DNA from: an uncultured Chloroflexia bacterium
GTDB taxonomy: Bacteria; Chloroflexota; Limnocylindria; Limnocylindrales; CSP1-4
Assembly (NCBI GenBank): GCA_963766735.1
Contig: CAVYBU010000007.1
Coordinates: forward strand, 32,001-96,000
Reading direction: 5' to 3'
Length of the DNA stretch: 64,000 bases
The position numbers and the translations under genes are program-made. This document shows, one piece after another, positions 32,410 through 42,446 of the stretch. Position 1 is the first letter of the stretch; every line of letters begins with the position of its first letter. The notes beneath the pieces were generated by a model, which did not search any database, was not told where the DNA came from, and worked only from the letters and a program-made list of their open reading frames with translations.

Positions 32410-33900
32410 TCAGGAGCCGGCAGGCGTCGAGACCCGACCCGCGTCGATGGCCTCTCGGTAGGCGGCATAGTCCTTCGCGTTGATGTCTGCGTACGTCTCG
32501 GCGAAGTCCGCGATCGCACCATCGAACGTGTCGCCCGTGCCGATGTAGGCGGCGATCGCAGCCGCATCGCCCGTGCTGGCGTGTGCACGAGCCAGCGACC
32601 AGCCGCAGATGCCGCCATAGAAGCTCATGCCCGGGGGCTGCAGGACCGTGGTGTCGACGGATCCCTTCATGTCCCACAGCTGGCGGAGGTAGAAGTCACG
32701 TCCGCCCGGGCCCGTCGTCCAGCCGAGGAAGATGTCCGACGTGGCCTGCATGAGCTGCTGCCCCACGACGACCCTCTGGCCGTGGTGGTCGTGCAGGCTC
32801 GTTTCGAGGTATGGCTCCATGACCGAGGCCGTGGCCTCCTTGGCCTGGAGGATGAGCGGGTCGTTCTCGTCACGACCCTCGAGGACCAGGATGAAGCAGC
32901 GGGTCCCGACGCTGCCCACGCCCACGACCTTGAGGGCAAGGTCCACGAAACGGTACCGCTCGAGGAAGGCGCGCCGGTTCTCGGGCATCGTGGCCCGGTA
33001 GTCGGTGAAGACCTTCTCGAGGGCTCCCGAGTCACCCTCCACGTGCATGACGAAGGGCGGGTCCTCGAGGATGACGCGGCGTCCGTCGGTCACCGCGGTG
33101 AGCGACTCGAAGGCCCGCATGCCGTCACGACGGCGCGCCTTGGAGAAGATGGCCTCAAGCCGTGCGCGGCGCGCGGCTCCGGTCCGTCCCTGCAGCAGGC
33201 CGGACGCCTCACCCGCCTCCCGGATATCGCGGTCGGTGATCTGCGTGTACCAGACGTCGAGCAGGCGCATGCCCGCGTAGCGAGCCATCCACTGGCGGTA
33301 GGCGCGGACGGTGGCCATCGTGGCCGCCCGGTTCTGCGCGGCGTAGAACCCGTTGGCACGGCCGGCGATCACGATGCTCGCGGCCAGGCGCTTGAGGTCC
33401 CACTCCCAGGGACCGGGCAACGTCTCGTCGAAGTCGTTGGTGTCGAAGACCAGCGTCCGCTCGGGCGAGGCGAAGAGCCCGAAGTTGGAGAGATGGGCGT
33501 CGCCGCTCGCCTGCACGATGATGTTCGAACGCGGTGTTCCCGAGAGGTCGAACGCCATCACCGCGGGTGTGCCCCGGTAGTAGGCAAAGGCAGACGCGGC
33601 CATGCGCTCGTGGCGCAGCGGCACGAGGTCCTGGAGCCTGTCCAGCTCCTGGGCCTCAAGGATCGCGATGGGGTCACGCCCGGGTGCCGGCTCGAACGCC
33701 GCGTGGCTGGGCCGGGGAACCTCCTTCCGGCGTGCCTTGCCGGCGGCGGCGCGCTGCGCGGGATCGACCCACGGCCTTGCCGTCCAGGAGGGACCCTGAA
33801 CCGGAAGGTCGGCCTGCCAGGCGGCGTCGTACTCCGCCGCCATCGCCTTGTCCGGGACGGTCTTCCGCGCCCGTCGCACCGACCTGGTCGGCTCGGTCAT
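32410..33900 (-). CDS. DUF2252 family protein (kinase-like)
   Basis: RHERMAASAFAYYRG, GDAHLSNFG, FDTNDFDET, KVVGVGSVGTR, LQAKEA, YLRQLWDMK. Confidence 0.9.
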   Translation of the reverse strand: MTEPTRSVRRARKTVPDKAMAAEYDAAWQADLPVQGPSWTARPWVDPAQRAAAGKARRKEVPRPSHAAFEPAPGRDPIAILEAQELDRLQDLVPLRHERMAASAFAYYRGTPAVMAFDLSGTPRSNIIVQASGDAHLSNFGLFASPERTLVFDTNDFDETLPGPWEWDLKRLAASIVIAGRANGFYAAQNRAATMATVRAYRQWMARYAGMRLLDVWYTQITDRDIREAGEASGLLQGRTGAARRARLEAIFSKARRRDGMRAFESLTAVTDGRRVILEDPPFVMHVEGDSGALEKVFTDYRATMPENRRAFLERYRFVDLALKVVGVGSVGTRCFILVLEGRDENDPLILQAKEATASVMEPYLETSLHDHHGQRVVVGQQLMQATSDIFLGWTTGPGGRDFYLRQLWDMKGSVDTTVLQPPGMSFYGGICGWSLARAHASTGDAAAIAAYIGTGDTFDGAIADFAETYADINAKDYAAYREAIDAGRVSTPAGS

Positions 33901-34126
33901 CGTGCTGCTCCCTGTGCATCCGGAATGCCCCCCGATCAGGCCGAATCTTGGGCGGCGCGGGGTGCGGTCACGAAGTCTAGCCGACGAACGCACGCGGGGC
34001 CGTCCGGGCGCCATTGCACGTGGACATCGCCGGCGTCGGTCGAGGTTCACGGTGCACCGACGGCCGGCGCGGGATCGGCGGTCCGCGCTACCGTTGGCGC
34101 CTGGAGAAGCACACGGGAGACGCGCA

Positions 34127-34492
34127 TTGGATGGGTCCGCGGCAGTCGTCATCACGCTGGCACTGGTGTTCTACTCGATCGGCGTCTGGAGCGAGCGGAT
34201 CCAGGGACGGCTCCGACCGTGGCACCTGGCGTTCTTCTGGGCCGGGCTGGTGTGCGACACGATCGGCACCGGGATGATGCTGGACTTTGCCGGCGGGCTC
34301 ACCGCGGACATCCACGGCATCTCCGGCGTCCTCGCCATCGTTCTCATGGCGATCCATGCGATCTGGGCGACGATCGTTCTGGCGCGGCGGGACGAGCGGC
34401 TGATCCTCACCTTCCACCGGTTCAGCCTGGTCGTCTGGGCAATCTGGCTGATCCCGTACTTCAGCCCGATGTTCTTCGCGCTGGGCGGTTGA
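34127..34492 (+). CDS. HsmA-like (TIGR03987-type) membrane protein
   Basis: ITLALVFYSIGVWSE..WHLAFFWAGLVCDTIGT..HGISG..HAIWA..FHRFS; TTG start after GGAG assumed. Confidence 0.7.
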   Translation: MDGSAAVVITLALVFYSIGVWSERIQGRLRPWHLAFFWAGLVCDTIGTGMMLDFAGGLTADIHGISGVLAIVLMAIHAIWATIVLARRDERLILTFHRFSLVVWAIWLIPYFSPMFFALGG

Positions 34493-34613
34493 GCGTGGGC
34501 CGCGAGGCTGATCCTGCCGAACGCCTCTGGTCCGGAGGGACGCGACGTCGCACCGTTGCGACCGGCAGGCTGGGATCCGCTGCTCTGTCGATCGCAAACC
34601 CGGGAGATGTGTG

Positions 34614-35111
34614 ATGGTCGTGTCGAAGGAGCTGCCCCGCGATGCCGCGAGGTACCTCCAGCAGGCGATCGACGCGGGCAGGGAGGGCATGCGAGCCCGC
34701 GCCGGCGGTCCGTTCGGCGCAATCGTGGTCGGACCCGACGGGGCCGTGGTCGGGGTGGGCTGCAACCGGGTCACATCGGCCAATGACCCCACGGCTCATG
34801 CCGAGGTCACGGCCATCCGCGCCGCCTGTGCTGGGTTGGGGACGTTCCTCCTGGAGGGCTGCACGCTGTACGCCAGCTGTGAGCCGTGCCCGATGTGTCT
34901 GGCGGCGGCGTACTGGGCCCGCGTGAAGGCGATCGTCTACGGCGCCACACGTGCGGATGCGGCTGCGGCCGGGTTCGACGACGCGTTCATCTACGAGGAG
35001 ATCGGGCTGCCCGTGGATGCCCGGCGGATACCCATGCGGCTTCTTCCCGGCGAGTCCGCGTCGGGGTTGTTCGAGGAGTGGCGCGCGATGGAAGACCGCA
35101 CGCCGTACTGA
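34614..35111 (+). CDS. Zn-dependent nucleoside/guanine deaminase
   Basis: GGPFGA, NDPTAHAE, SCEPCPMC, GFDDAFIY. Confidence 0.85.
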   Translation: MVVSKELPRDAARYLQQAIDAGREGMRARAGGPFGAIVVGPDGAVVGVGCNRVTSANDPTAHAEVTAIRAACAGLGTFLLEGCTLYASCEPCPMCLAAAYWARVKAIVYGATRADAAAAGFDDAFIYEEIGLPVDARRIPMRLLPGESASGLFEEWRAMEDRTPY

Positions 35112-35154
35112 TCGCCCAGGGTCAGCCCCGGATCAGCGCTGGGTGAGCCCCGGG

Positions 35155-35652
35155 TCAGCCCGCCTCCAGCAGTTCCGCTGCTATCGACGCCGCCCAGTCG
35201 TCGATTGCGGTCCAGTCACGGAAATCGCCGACGGGGTGCGTGGCGAGGATCTGGGGGTCCACCCCGGGCGCATCGGGATCCAGGCGCCCGCCAAACGTCC
35301 GGTGCCCCCGAGGCTCCAGCATCGCGGTGACCTCCGCCGCCTGCGGCGCGATCGGCAGGTCTGCGTCGGCGAGCCGACGGTCCAGGGGGCCGCTGCTGAA
35401 TAGCCAGACAGGGCGACCCTTGAGGGCCTCGCCATGACGGGTGGCGAACCGGTTGGCGTCGCGCTGCCAGTGCGCAGCGTAGAGGGCGCTACCGAGTACC
35501 ACCGCGTCAAATGCCGTGACGTCCGAGACATCGCGGGCGGACTCGGCGGACGCCTCCAGGCCGGCAGACGTGAGCGTCGCCGCGATCCTCTCGGCAATCT
35601 CGGCGGTGGAGCCCATCTTGGACGCATACGCGACGAGCACTCGAGTGGTCAT
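35155..35652 (-). CDS. Flavodoxin-domain protein (HemG-like)
   Basis: VAYASKMGSTAEIA, VVLGSALY, WLFSSGP, GDFRDW. Confidence 0.85.
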   Translation of the reverse strand: MTTRVLVAYASKMGSTAEIAERIAATLTSAGLEASAESARDVSDVTAFDAVVLGSALYAAHWQRDANRFATRHGEALKGRPVWLFSSGPLDRRLADADLPIAPQAAEVTAMLEPRGHRTFGGRLDPDAPGVDPQILATHPVGDFRDWTAIDDWAASIAAELLEAG

Positions 35653-35800
35653 GGCATCCTCGTTCGAGCGCCGCCTGGGACGCCGCCGGCGACCCGCACA
35701 TCTTGCCTCAACGGACGTCGATGTTCACGGTTCTGGTGTTGGGGCCGCGCCCGGGCCGGCGGATACCCGCCGACCCGGGCGGAAGGCCGTGCGGACCCGG

Positions 35801-36352
35801 TCAGGCGGTCGCGGGGACCGGCTTGCCGGACATCAGCCACCTCCGGAGCGCCGGACTGACCCGCTCGGCCAGGACGCCGTCGAGGCCGTAGTACCGCCCT
35901 GCGCCGAGTCCGACCAGCGTCGCGCAGATGAGCGCGTAGGCCAGGTGCTGGTTGACCACGCCGTAGGCGAAGTCCCAGGCCGCGACGAAGAAGAACAGCA
36001 TCATCAGCGAACCCATCGCGGCGGCGAAGCGGGTGAACAGCCCGAGGACCAGGCAGATACCGATGGCGAGCTGCCCGAACGGTACGAGGACGTTGATGAC
36101 GCTCATGGCCGAGGAGTTGCCCGCCAGGGCGACCCAGAAGGCCTGCGTCGGGTTGAACACGGTGCCTTCGGCAATCTCGCCGACCACGAAGGGCCAGCCC
36201 AGGGTGCCGGCCGTCGCGAACTTGAGGAAGCCACTGGCATCGAATGCCTCCGGGGCCAGAAGCTTCTCCAGCCCGGCCCACAGGAAGATGATCCCCACGG
36301 CGATGCGCAGGAGGGCCACCCCTCGCTGGTGGATCTTGCCCTTGATCTCCAC
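35801..36352 (-). CDS. DoxX/DoxD (TQO small subunit-like) membrane protein
   Basis: LLRIAVG..AGLEKL..GQLAIGICLVLGLFTR..GAGRYYGLDG. Confidence 0.8.
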   Translation of the reverse strand: MEIKGKIHQRGVALLRIAVGIIFLWAGLEKLLAPEAFDASGFLKFATAGTLGWPFVVGEIAEGTVFNPTQAFWVALAGNSSAMSVINVLVPFGQLAIGICLVLGLFTRFAAAMGSLMMLFFFVAAWDFAYGVVNQHLAYALICATLVGLGAGRYYGLDGVLAERVSPALRRWLMSGKPVPATA

Positions 36353-36542
36353 GTGAAACCTCCGACCCCTCGCTCCGGCGACGATCGCCGGCGGCCACCG
36401 GCCGCGGGGTGATACCGACCCTGTGACCTGCCAGGGACGCAGGGGGTTCGACAGCACAGGCCATCTGGCCCCCTGTGGACGGGCCATCAGGAGGACAACG
36501 ATATCGGAAGGAGCTGGCGCCTGAGAAGGTAGGCTGCCTTCG

Positions 36543-37328
36543 ATGGAGGGCGTGGAGACCCGATCGGCGATGAACCTGTTGCGGCGCGGGACGCGGTGGC
36601 TGGAGGCTGCGCCGGCGTACCCGGCCAACGCGGCGGACCTCAGGACGGTCAACGTCCTGGGGCTTCGGCTTCCCGTGCGCGCGACGGTCGCGGTGGTCGC
36701 GGTGGCGCTGCTCCTTCTTCTCGACTACCACGGGCGGATCAACGGCCTGGTCGAGGCGGTCCTTGGTCCGTTCGGCCATGACGCTGCTTCCGCCAAGCGC
36801 TTGAGCTCGATCGGGCGCCTCCTGCTGGAGGGCGGAATTCCCCTTCTCGTCGTGCTCTTCGTGTTCCGCGATCGGCCGGGACGGTACGGCCTGGCGATCG
36901 GAGACTGGCGAGCCGGCCTGGCGATCGCGATCGGCGGCTGCCTGGGCATGATGCCCATCGTCCTCGGCGCCGTGCACCTCGCAGACTTCGCTGCCTACTA
37001 CGCCCCACAGGGGACGTCCGTCGCGAACGTGTTCCTGACGACGGCGCTGGAAGTCATCCCCGCCGAGTTCTTCTTCCGGGGGTTCCTGCTGTTCGCGCTG
37101 CTGCGCGTCATCGGACCGCTTGCGGTCGTCATCGCCACCCTGCCGTTCGCGTTCATCCACCTGGGCAAGCCGGAGATCGAGACGCTCAGCACCCTGGCAG
37201 GCGGGTTGCTGTACGGGTGGCTGGACTGGAGAACCGGGTCCGTGGTGTGGAGCGGGCTTGCCCACACCTGGATCCTGTCGGTCACGATCCTCGCCGCGGC
37301 GGCAGCAGGTGTCGCGCCCGGAGGCTGA
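36543..37328 (+). CDS. CPBP family intramembrane glutamic protease
   Basis: AEFFFRG, FAFIHLGKP, SGLAH motifs; start may instead be the ATG at 36570. Confidence 0.8.
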   Translation: MEGVETRSAMNLLRRGTRWLEAAPAYPANAADLRTVNVLGLRLPVRATVAVVAVALLLLLDYHGRINGLVEAVLGPFGHDAASAKRLSSIGRLLLEGGIPLLVVLFVFRDRPGRYGLAIGDWRAGLAIAIGGCLGMMPIVLGAVHLADFAAYYAPQGTSVANVFLTTALEVIPAEFFFRGFLLFALLRVIGPLAVVIATLPFAFIHLGKPEIETLSTLAGGLLYGWLDWRTGSVVWSGLAHTWILSVTILAAAAAGVAPGG

Positions 37329-37383
37329 AGACCGTCGTCGCCCGGACGGCGCAGCGGCTGTCCAGCGGCCGTATCCTCGCCCC

Positions 37384-38412
37384 ATGGCCCAGGGTTCCGC
37401 CCCCGACGACATCGTCCAGCTCGCCAACGCGCGTGCCGCCGCCCGGCGCGCGCGGGACTGGATCACCGCGGACGATCTGCGCGCCCGCATCGAGGCCGCG
37501 GGCTGGAAGGTGATCGACGTCGGCACCCTGTACGACCTGGAGCGCGCAGCGCCCGAGGACACCCGGGATGGGGGGACGATCCGGTACGGCGCCAGCTCAT
37601 CCGTTCCATCCCGTCTGGGCGAGACCCCAACCCGGTCGGCGTCCGTCGTCCTGCTGGCCACGGACTGGCCCGAGGATGTCGAGCGGACTGTCCGGGCCCT
37701 GGCGGCGACGTCACCGGCCGGAACCCAGGTCATCGTGGTCGCAAACGGGGAGTCGGAGGCGCAGGCGACGTCCCTGGCCGCGCTCGAGGAGGGCGGACCC
37801 CCCGGCGAGGGTGTGACGCTGGAGGTGATCCGCACCAGCTCGCGGCTCGGGTTCGCGACTGCGCTCAACGCGGGGATTCGAAGAGCCGAGGCTCCGGTTG
37901 TGGTGGTGGTGGACACCTCGGTTGAACCGCAGGGGAACCTCATCACGCCGCTGGTTGCCGCCCTCGGGGATCCCGGGGTCGCAGTCGCGGGGCCGTACGG
38001 GGTTGTGTCGGAGGACCTCCGCCGGTTCGCGGAGCCGGCGGCCGGCATCGTGGACGTGGATGCGATCGAGGGGTACGCGATGGCGTTCCGCCGGGAGGAC
38101 TACGCCGCACGCGGGCCGCTGGACGAGCACTTCGTGTTCTTCCGGCACCTCGACCTGTGGTGGAGCCTCGTGCTCCGGGACCAGGGAGAGGACGATCCCG
38201 ACGAAGCCGCCCCCCGGCGTGCCGTGCGGGTGGCCGGGATCGCGATCCAGCGCCATCCACACCGGGAGTGGGCCCGCGTCGCGGACCAGGAGCGCGACCG
38301 GCTCTCGAAGAAGAACTTCTACCGTGTGCTCAAGAGGTTCGCATCTCGCCGCGACCTGCTGGTGGGGCAGGGGGTGGGCGACCGGGGGACACAGGACAGA
38401 GGGCATCGATAG
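37384..38412 (+). CDS. GT2-family glycosyltransferase with N-terminal CysRS C-terminal-like helical domain
   Basis: N-terminal ARAAARRARDWITADDLRARIEAAGWKVID; GT-A motifs VIVVANG, LGFATALNAG, VVVDTS, GPLDEHF. Confidence 0.7.
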   Translation: MAQGSAPDDIVQLANARAAARRARDWITADDLRARIEAAGWKVIDVGTLYDLERAAPEDTRDGGTIRYGASSSVPSRLGETPTRSASVVLLATDWPEDVERTVRALAATSPAGTQVIVVANGESEAQATSLAALEEGGPPGEGVTLEVIRTSSRLGFATALNAGIRRAEAPVVVVVDTSVEPQGNLITPLVAALGDPGVAVAGPYGVVSEDLRRFAEPAAGIVDVDAIEGYAMAFRREDYAARGPLDEHFVFFRHLDLWWSLVLRDQGEDDPDEAAPRRAVRVAGIAIQRHPHREWARVADQERDRLSKKNFYRVLKRFASRRDLLVGQGVGDRGTQDRGHR

Positions 38413-38440
38413 CGCGAGCCGGGAGACGATCCAGCCGGAG

Positions 38441-38573
38441 CCCTAACGAACCCAGCGGCGTCTCGTTCCCTTGGCAGAGGCCTCGCGGACAGCATCGTTC
38501 CCCCGGCGGTGTGGCACAGCGAGGCCTCATTTTCTTGTTGACCCTTGCCGGGACGGCGATGGGCGCCTGAGGG
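38441..38573 (+). ncRNA. Rod-shaped structured RNA candidate with central bubble (6S-like)
   Basis: Nested pairings 38441-44/38570-73, 38451-65/38549-63 and 38477-86/38519-28 (perfect 10 bp), plus an apical stem; G-U pairs favour the plus strand but strand is not certain. Confidence 0.5.
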
Positions 38574-38593
38574 GGCGTTCCCGCCCTCGCCCG

Positions 38594-38599
38594 TATACT
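38594..38599 (+). promoter_or_regulatory. Candidate -10 element for the OppA operon
   Basis: TATACT hexamer about 55 nt upstream of the CDS in GC-rich DNA. Confidence 0.45.
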
Positions 38600-38654
38600 C
38601 CGCCCGTGTGTCGCTGGATCCGCGGCGACTCGACCCTGGATTGCCGGAGGGGGC

Positions 38655-40310
38655 GTGGCAGAGGCTGACCTGATCGACGAGGGCCCGCTGACTCCGCCGT
38701 CGCGCGGGCGTCGGTTGGCCGTCGCCGCGCTCGCGGTCGCGCTCGTGGGCGCGATGGTCGTCGGCCTATGGCCGGCCGCGCCCGTCACGGTCACGCCCTT
38801 CGTGGTCGCGGCCGAGCCCGCCGACACCGACGTCGTCACGATCCTGGCCGGCTCGCCCGCCTCGATCGACCCGGCGTACCACGGGGACCTGGGCAGCGCG
38901 TCCTTCATCAGCCAGCTGTTCGAGACCCTCACGGCCGTCGACCCCGGTCTGGAGGTCCGGCCTGCGCTCGCAGAATCGTGGACCGTGGAAGACGAGGGCA
39001 GGCGCGTGACGTTCACGCTCCGTCCCGGCTTGCAGTTCAGCGACGGGACGCCGCTCACCGCGACTGACGTCGTGCACAGCTGGCGCCGCCTGTTCAACCA
39101 GGGCAATCCTTCGCCTCTTGCCTCGCTGGTCGCGGACATCGTCGGGGCGCGGGCACTTCTGACGGGCCAGGCGACCGACATCTCGACGCTGGGGATCCGG
39201 GCGGAGGGCGACCGCACGGTGGTGGTGGATCTCGAGCGGGGAGGGGGAGACCTGCCCGCAATCGTCTCAGGCGCGCCGTTCGCGGTGGTGCCGCCGTCGA
39301 CCACCGCAGACGAGATCGTGCCGGTGCCCGGCAGTTTCGTGGGCAGCGGCGGCTACGTCCTGGAGAGCGTCGGCCCGGATGCCTTCGTCCTGACCGCCAA
39401 CCCTCGGTACTGGGCCGGCGAGCCTGCGATCCGCACTGTCCGAATGCTGGCGACCCTCAACGGGGGCAGCCCGCTCGATGCGTTTGTCGAGGGCACCGTG
39501 GACGTCACCCCGGTCAGCTACCTCGACGCGGGCTGGATCGCCTACGACCGGGAGCTCGGCTCGTCGCTCAGAAGCGACGCGGACCTGTCGGTGACCTACT
39601 ACGGGTTCGACACCGTGCAAGCGCCTTTCGACGACGTCGGTGTGCGCCAGGCGTTTGCGCAGGCCGTGGACTGGCGCCGCCTCGCCCTCCTGGACAACCC
39701 CGGCTCGTCGGTCCCGGCCAGCGGCATGGTTCCTGCCGGCATGCCGGGTGCGCCGGAGGGGGACTTCATGCCGCCGTACGATCCCGGTGCCGCCCGCCGC
39801 CTGCTCGCCGATTCCGGCTACCCCGGCGGTCAGGGTCTTGGTCCGATCTCCTTCATCGGCAGCGGCGGCGGCTACGACCAGGCCGTCGTGACGATGCTTG
39901 AGGAGAACCTGGGCGTCACCATCGACTACGCGACGATGGACTTCGCCGCATACCAGCTTCGGCTGGCAACGGATCCCCCCCAGCTGTGGAGCCTGTCGTG
40001 GATCGCGGACTACCCGGGTCCGAACGACTTCCTGGGGGTCCTCCTGGGCACGGGATCGACATCCAACCAGGGGGGCTGGTCATCGGCTCCGTTCGACACC
40101 GCGATCACAGACGCCACCTCGGCCGCGGATCCCGCTGATGCAACCGCGGCGTACGCGCGCGCGATGATGATCGTCAAGGAGGACGTTCCGGTCGTGCCCG
40201 TTTCGTACGGCACTTCCTATTCGCTCGTCCGGGAGGGCCTCACGGGGGCCAGCCAGACGGGGACCGGCATCCTCCGGCTCGCGGGCCTCGCGTGGGGAGA
40301 CGTGCCGTGA
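38655..40310 (+). CDS. Peptide ABC transporter substrate-binding protein (OppA/family 5)
   Basis: PALAESW..TFTLRPGLQFSDGTPLTATDVVHSW, GSGGY, VRQAFAQAVD, WIADYPGP. Confidence 0.9.
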   Translation: MAEADLIDEGPLTPPSRGRRLAVAALAVALVGAMVVGLWPAAPVTVTPFVVAAEPADTDVVTILAGSPASIDPAYHGDLGSASFISQLFETLTAVDPGLEVRPALAESWTVEDEGRRVTFTLRPGLQFSDGTPLTATDVVHSWRRLFNQGNPSPLASLVADIVGARALLTGQATDISTLGIRAEGDRTVVVDLERGGGDLPAIVSGAPFAVVPPSTTADEIVPVPGSFVGSGGYVLESVGPDAFVLTANPRYWAGEPAIRTVRMLATLNGGSPLDAFVEGTVDVTPVSYLDAGWIAYDRELGSSLRSDADLSVTYYGFDTVQAPFDDVGVRQAFAQAVDWRRLALLDNPGSSVPASGMVPAGMPGAPEGDFMPPYDPGAARRLLADSGYPGGQGLGPISFIGSGGGYDQAVVTMLEENLGVTIDYATMDFAAYQLRLATDPPQLWSLSWIADYPGPNDFLGVLLGTGSTSNQGGWSSAPFDTAITDATSAADPADATAAYARAMMIVKEDVPVVPVSYGTSYSLVREGLTGASQTGTGILRLAGLAWGDVP

Positions 40311-41674
40311 AGCGGGGCAGAGCGCGCATTGGCGTGATGGAGGGCCTGGCGACCCTGGCGACCGCCGCCGCCCTGCTGCTGCCGACCGGGGTGGTGCATG
40401 CCGCCGACGTCGCCTTCGGCACCCCGGACGCGACCGCGACCTTCGGCGAGAGCATCGAGTTCACGGTACCGATCACCGCTGGCGCTGCGCCTGAGCGGAT
40501 CGAGCTGAGGCTCGGGTTCCCGGCCGCGCTCGGTCCCTACGTCATCGACATCCCGGCGCCCGGACCCGGTTCGCAGACGCTGCGCTACGTCCTGGATCTG
40601 ACCGGCTCGGGCCACCTGGCGCCCAACACGCCGGTCGTCGCCACCTGGGCGGCCTTCACGTCCCTGGACGCGGCGCCGGTCCTGAGCTCGCCGGTCACCG
40701 TCCGCTATGAGGACACCGCTCATGAGTGGCGCGAGGTGAAGGGGGACCTCGTCACCGTCCACTGGTACGAGGGCAGCGAGTCCTTTGCCAAGAGGGCGCT
40801 GCGGATCGGGGAGGACGCGGTCCGCGAGACTGCCGCGCTCCTCGGGGTGACGGAATCCGAGCCGATCGACTTCTACATCTATGGTGACGATGCGTCGTTC
40901 CGCGCGGCCCTCGGCCCCGGTTCGCGCGAGAACATCGGCGGCACGTCGCACTCCGACATCCGCACCTTGTTCGCGCTGATCACGCCCGGGCAGATCGACG
41001 ACACGTGGGTCGGCATCGTCGTGCCCCACGAGCTGGTCCACCTTGTCTTCGCAACCGCCGTCGACAACCCGTATCGCCAGCCGCCGCTCTGGTTCAACGA
41101 AGGATTGGCCGTGTACCTGTCGGAGGGCTACGGGCCGGCTGACCGGAAGCGGGTTGAGGATGCCGTGGCCACGCGGGACCTCTTCCCGCTCACCGCGCTC
41201 GACCAGTTCCCCAGGTATGGCGATCTCGTCAACCTCGCCTATGCGGAGTCGGTGTCCGCCATCGACCACATCGTCCGCACCGACGGAGATGACGCCCTCC
41301 TGGCGGTGGTGGATGCCTACGGCAATGGCATGACCGACGACGAGGCGTTCACGGCGGCGCTGGGGAGGGATTTCGAGGCCTTCGAGGCTGGCTGGCTGGC
41401 GGAGCTGGGGGCCGAGAAGCCCGAGAGGTATGGCCCGAAGCCCGCGCCGGCTGGCCCGTTGCCCCCGGGCTGGAGCGGTCCCAACGCCTCGCCGGGTCCC
41501 GGCGCTACGCCCGGTGCCCTCAATCCATCCGCTCCCGCGACGGCTGCACCAACCGACGGCGGGGAATCGCGGAGCGGTCTCGAGACCGGGGCCGTCCTTG
41601 CGGCCATCCTCGCAGTCGTGGCGGTGGTGGTGATCGCACTCGTCGTGGCCCGGCGGCGCGCAGGTCCGGCGTGA
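40307..41674 (+). CDS. Peptidase MA family metalloprotease, secreted and C-terminally membrane anchored
   Basis: HELVH..WFNEGLA gluzincin motif; signal peptide; C-terminal TM followed by RRR. Confidence 0.85.
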   Translation: MKRGRARIGVMEGLATLATAAALLLPTGVVHAADVAFGTPDATATFGESIEFTVPITAGAAPERIELRLGFPAALGPYVIDIPAPGPGSQTLRYVLDLTGSGHLAPNTPVVATWAAFTSLDAAPVLSSPVTVRYEDTAHEWREVKGDLVTVHWYEGSESFAKRALRIGEDAVRETAALLGVTESEPIDFYIYGDDASFRAALGPGSRENIGGTSHSDIRTLFALITPGQIDDTWVGIVVPHELVHLVFATAVDNPYRQPPLWFNEGLAVYLSEGYGPADRKRVEDAVATRDLFPLTALDQFPRYGDLVNLAYAESVSAIDHIVRTDGDDALLAVVDAYGNGMTDDEAFTAALGRDFEAFEAGWLAELGAEKPERYGPKPAPAGPLPPGWSGPNASPGPGATPGALNPSAPATAAPTDGGESRSGLETGAVLAAILAVVAVVVIALVVARRRAGPA

Positions 41675-41678
41675 CATC

Positions 41679-42446
41679 GTGAACGCGATCAAGGAGCACC
41701 TGCGGGCGATCCCCAGCTGGCAGATCACCCTGGGTGCCGCACTGCTCTTCCTGGGGTTCCTCGTCGCCGCCCAGCTCGCGTCCGAGGGACCCAGGGTCCG
41801 GATCACCAGCCTTGAGCGAACGCCGCTCGTGGAGACCGCGCTTGACCTTCAGGCGCAGCAGGAGGGGCTCAAGCAGCAGATCCTCGACCTCCGCTCGGCG
41901 ATCCAGGACCTGGAGGAGACCGGGCAGGGCGGTGCGGCCATCACGAAGGAGCTCAACGACCGGCTGGAGAACGCGAGGATCGCCGCTGGTCTCGTCCCGA
42001 TGTCGGGACCCGGCATCGTGATCCAGCTGAGCGATGCGACCACGGCCGTGCCACCGGACGGGAACGTCCGTGACTACCTCGCGTCGGGGCGTGACGTCCT
42101 GACGGTGGTCGAGGAGCTGTGGCTGGCCGGCGCGGAGGCCGTCGCGGTCAACGGCGAGCGGGTGACCGTGGCCACGGCGATCGTGGACATCGGCGGCTCG
42201 GTCCTCGTCAACTCGGCCTACGTGACCGCGCCCTACCAGGTGGCAGCGATCGGCCCGGCGGACATGTTCGAGCGCTTGACAGCAGCCGTTGGGTTCGTGG
42301 ACTTCGTGCGGAGCCGGGCCGAGACATTCGGGATCGGGGTGGCATACGCGAGCCCGGAGTCGGTTGACCTGCCAGCCTACGCCGGCTCGATCAACCTCCG
42401 GTACGGGCGGGTGGAGCCCAGCGCCGCGCCGTCGGGGACACCCTGA
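41679..42446 (+). CDS. DUF881 family protein
   Basis: TM, coiled coil, AGL..GPGIVIQL, ELWLAGAEAVAVNGER. Confidence 0.88.
   Translation: MNAIKEHLRAIPSWQITLGAALLFLGFLVAAQLASEGPRVRITSLERTPLVETALDLQAQQEGLKQQILDLRSAIQDLEETGQGGAAITKELNDRLENARIAAGLVPMSGPGIVIQLSDATTAVPPDGNVRDYLASGRDVLTVVEELWLAGAEAVAVNGERVTVATAIVDIGGSVLVNSAYVTAPYQVAAIGPADMFERLTAAVGFVDFVRSRAETFGIGVAYASPESVDLPAYAGSINLRYGRVEPSAAPSGTP

Noticed and set aside
35118-35162. Short ggtcagccc-like repeats between convergent genes
   Set aside because: Too short and imperfect, partly overlapping a stop codon; no further copies recognised as a REP family.
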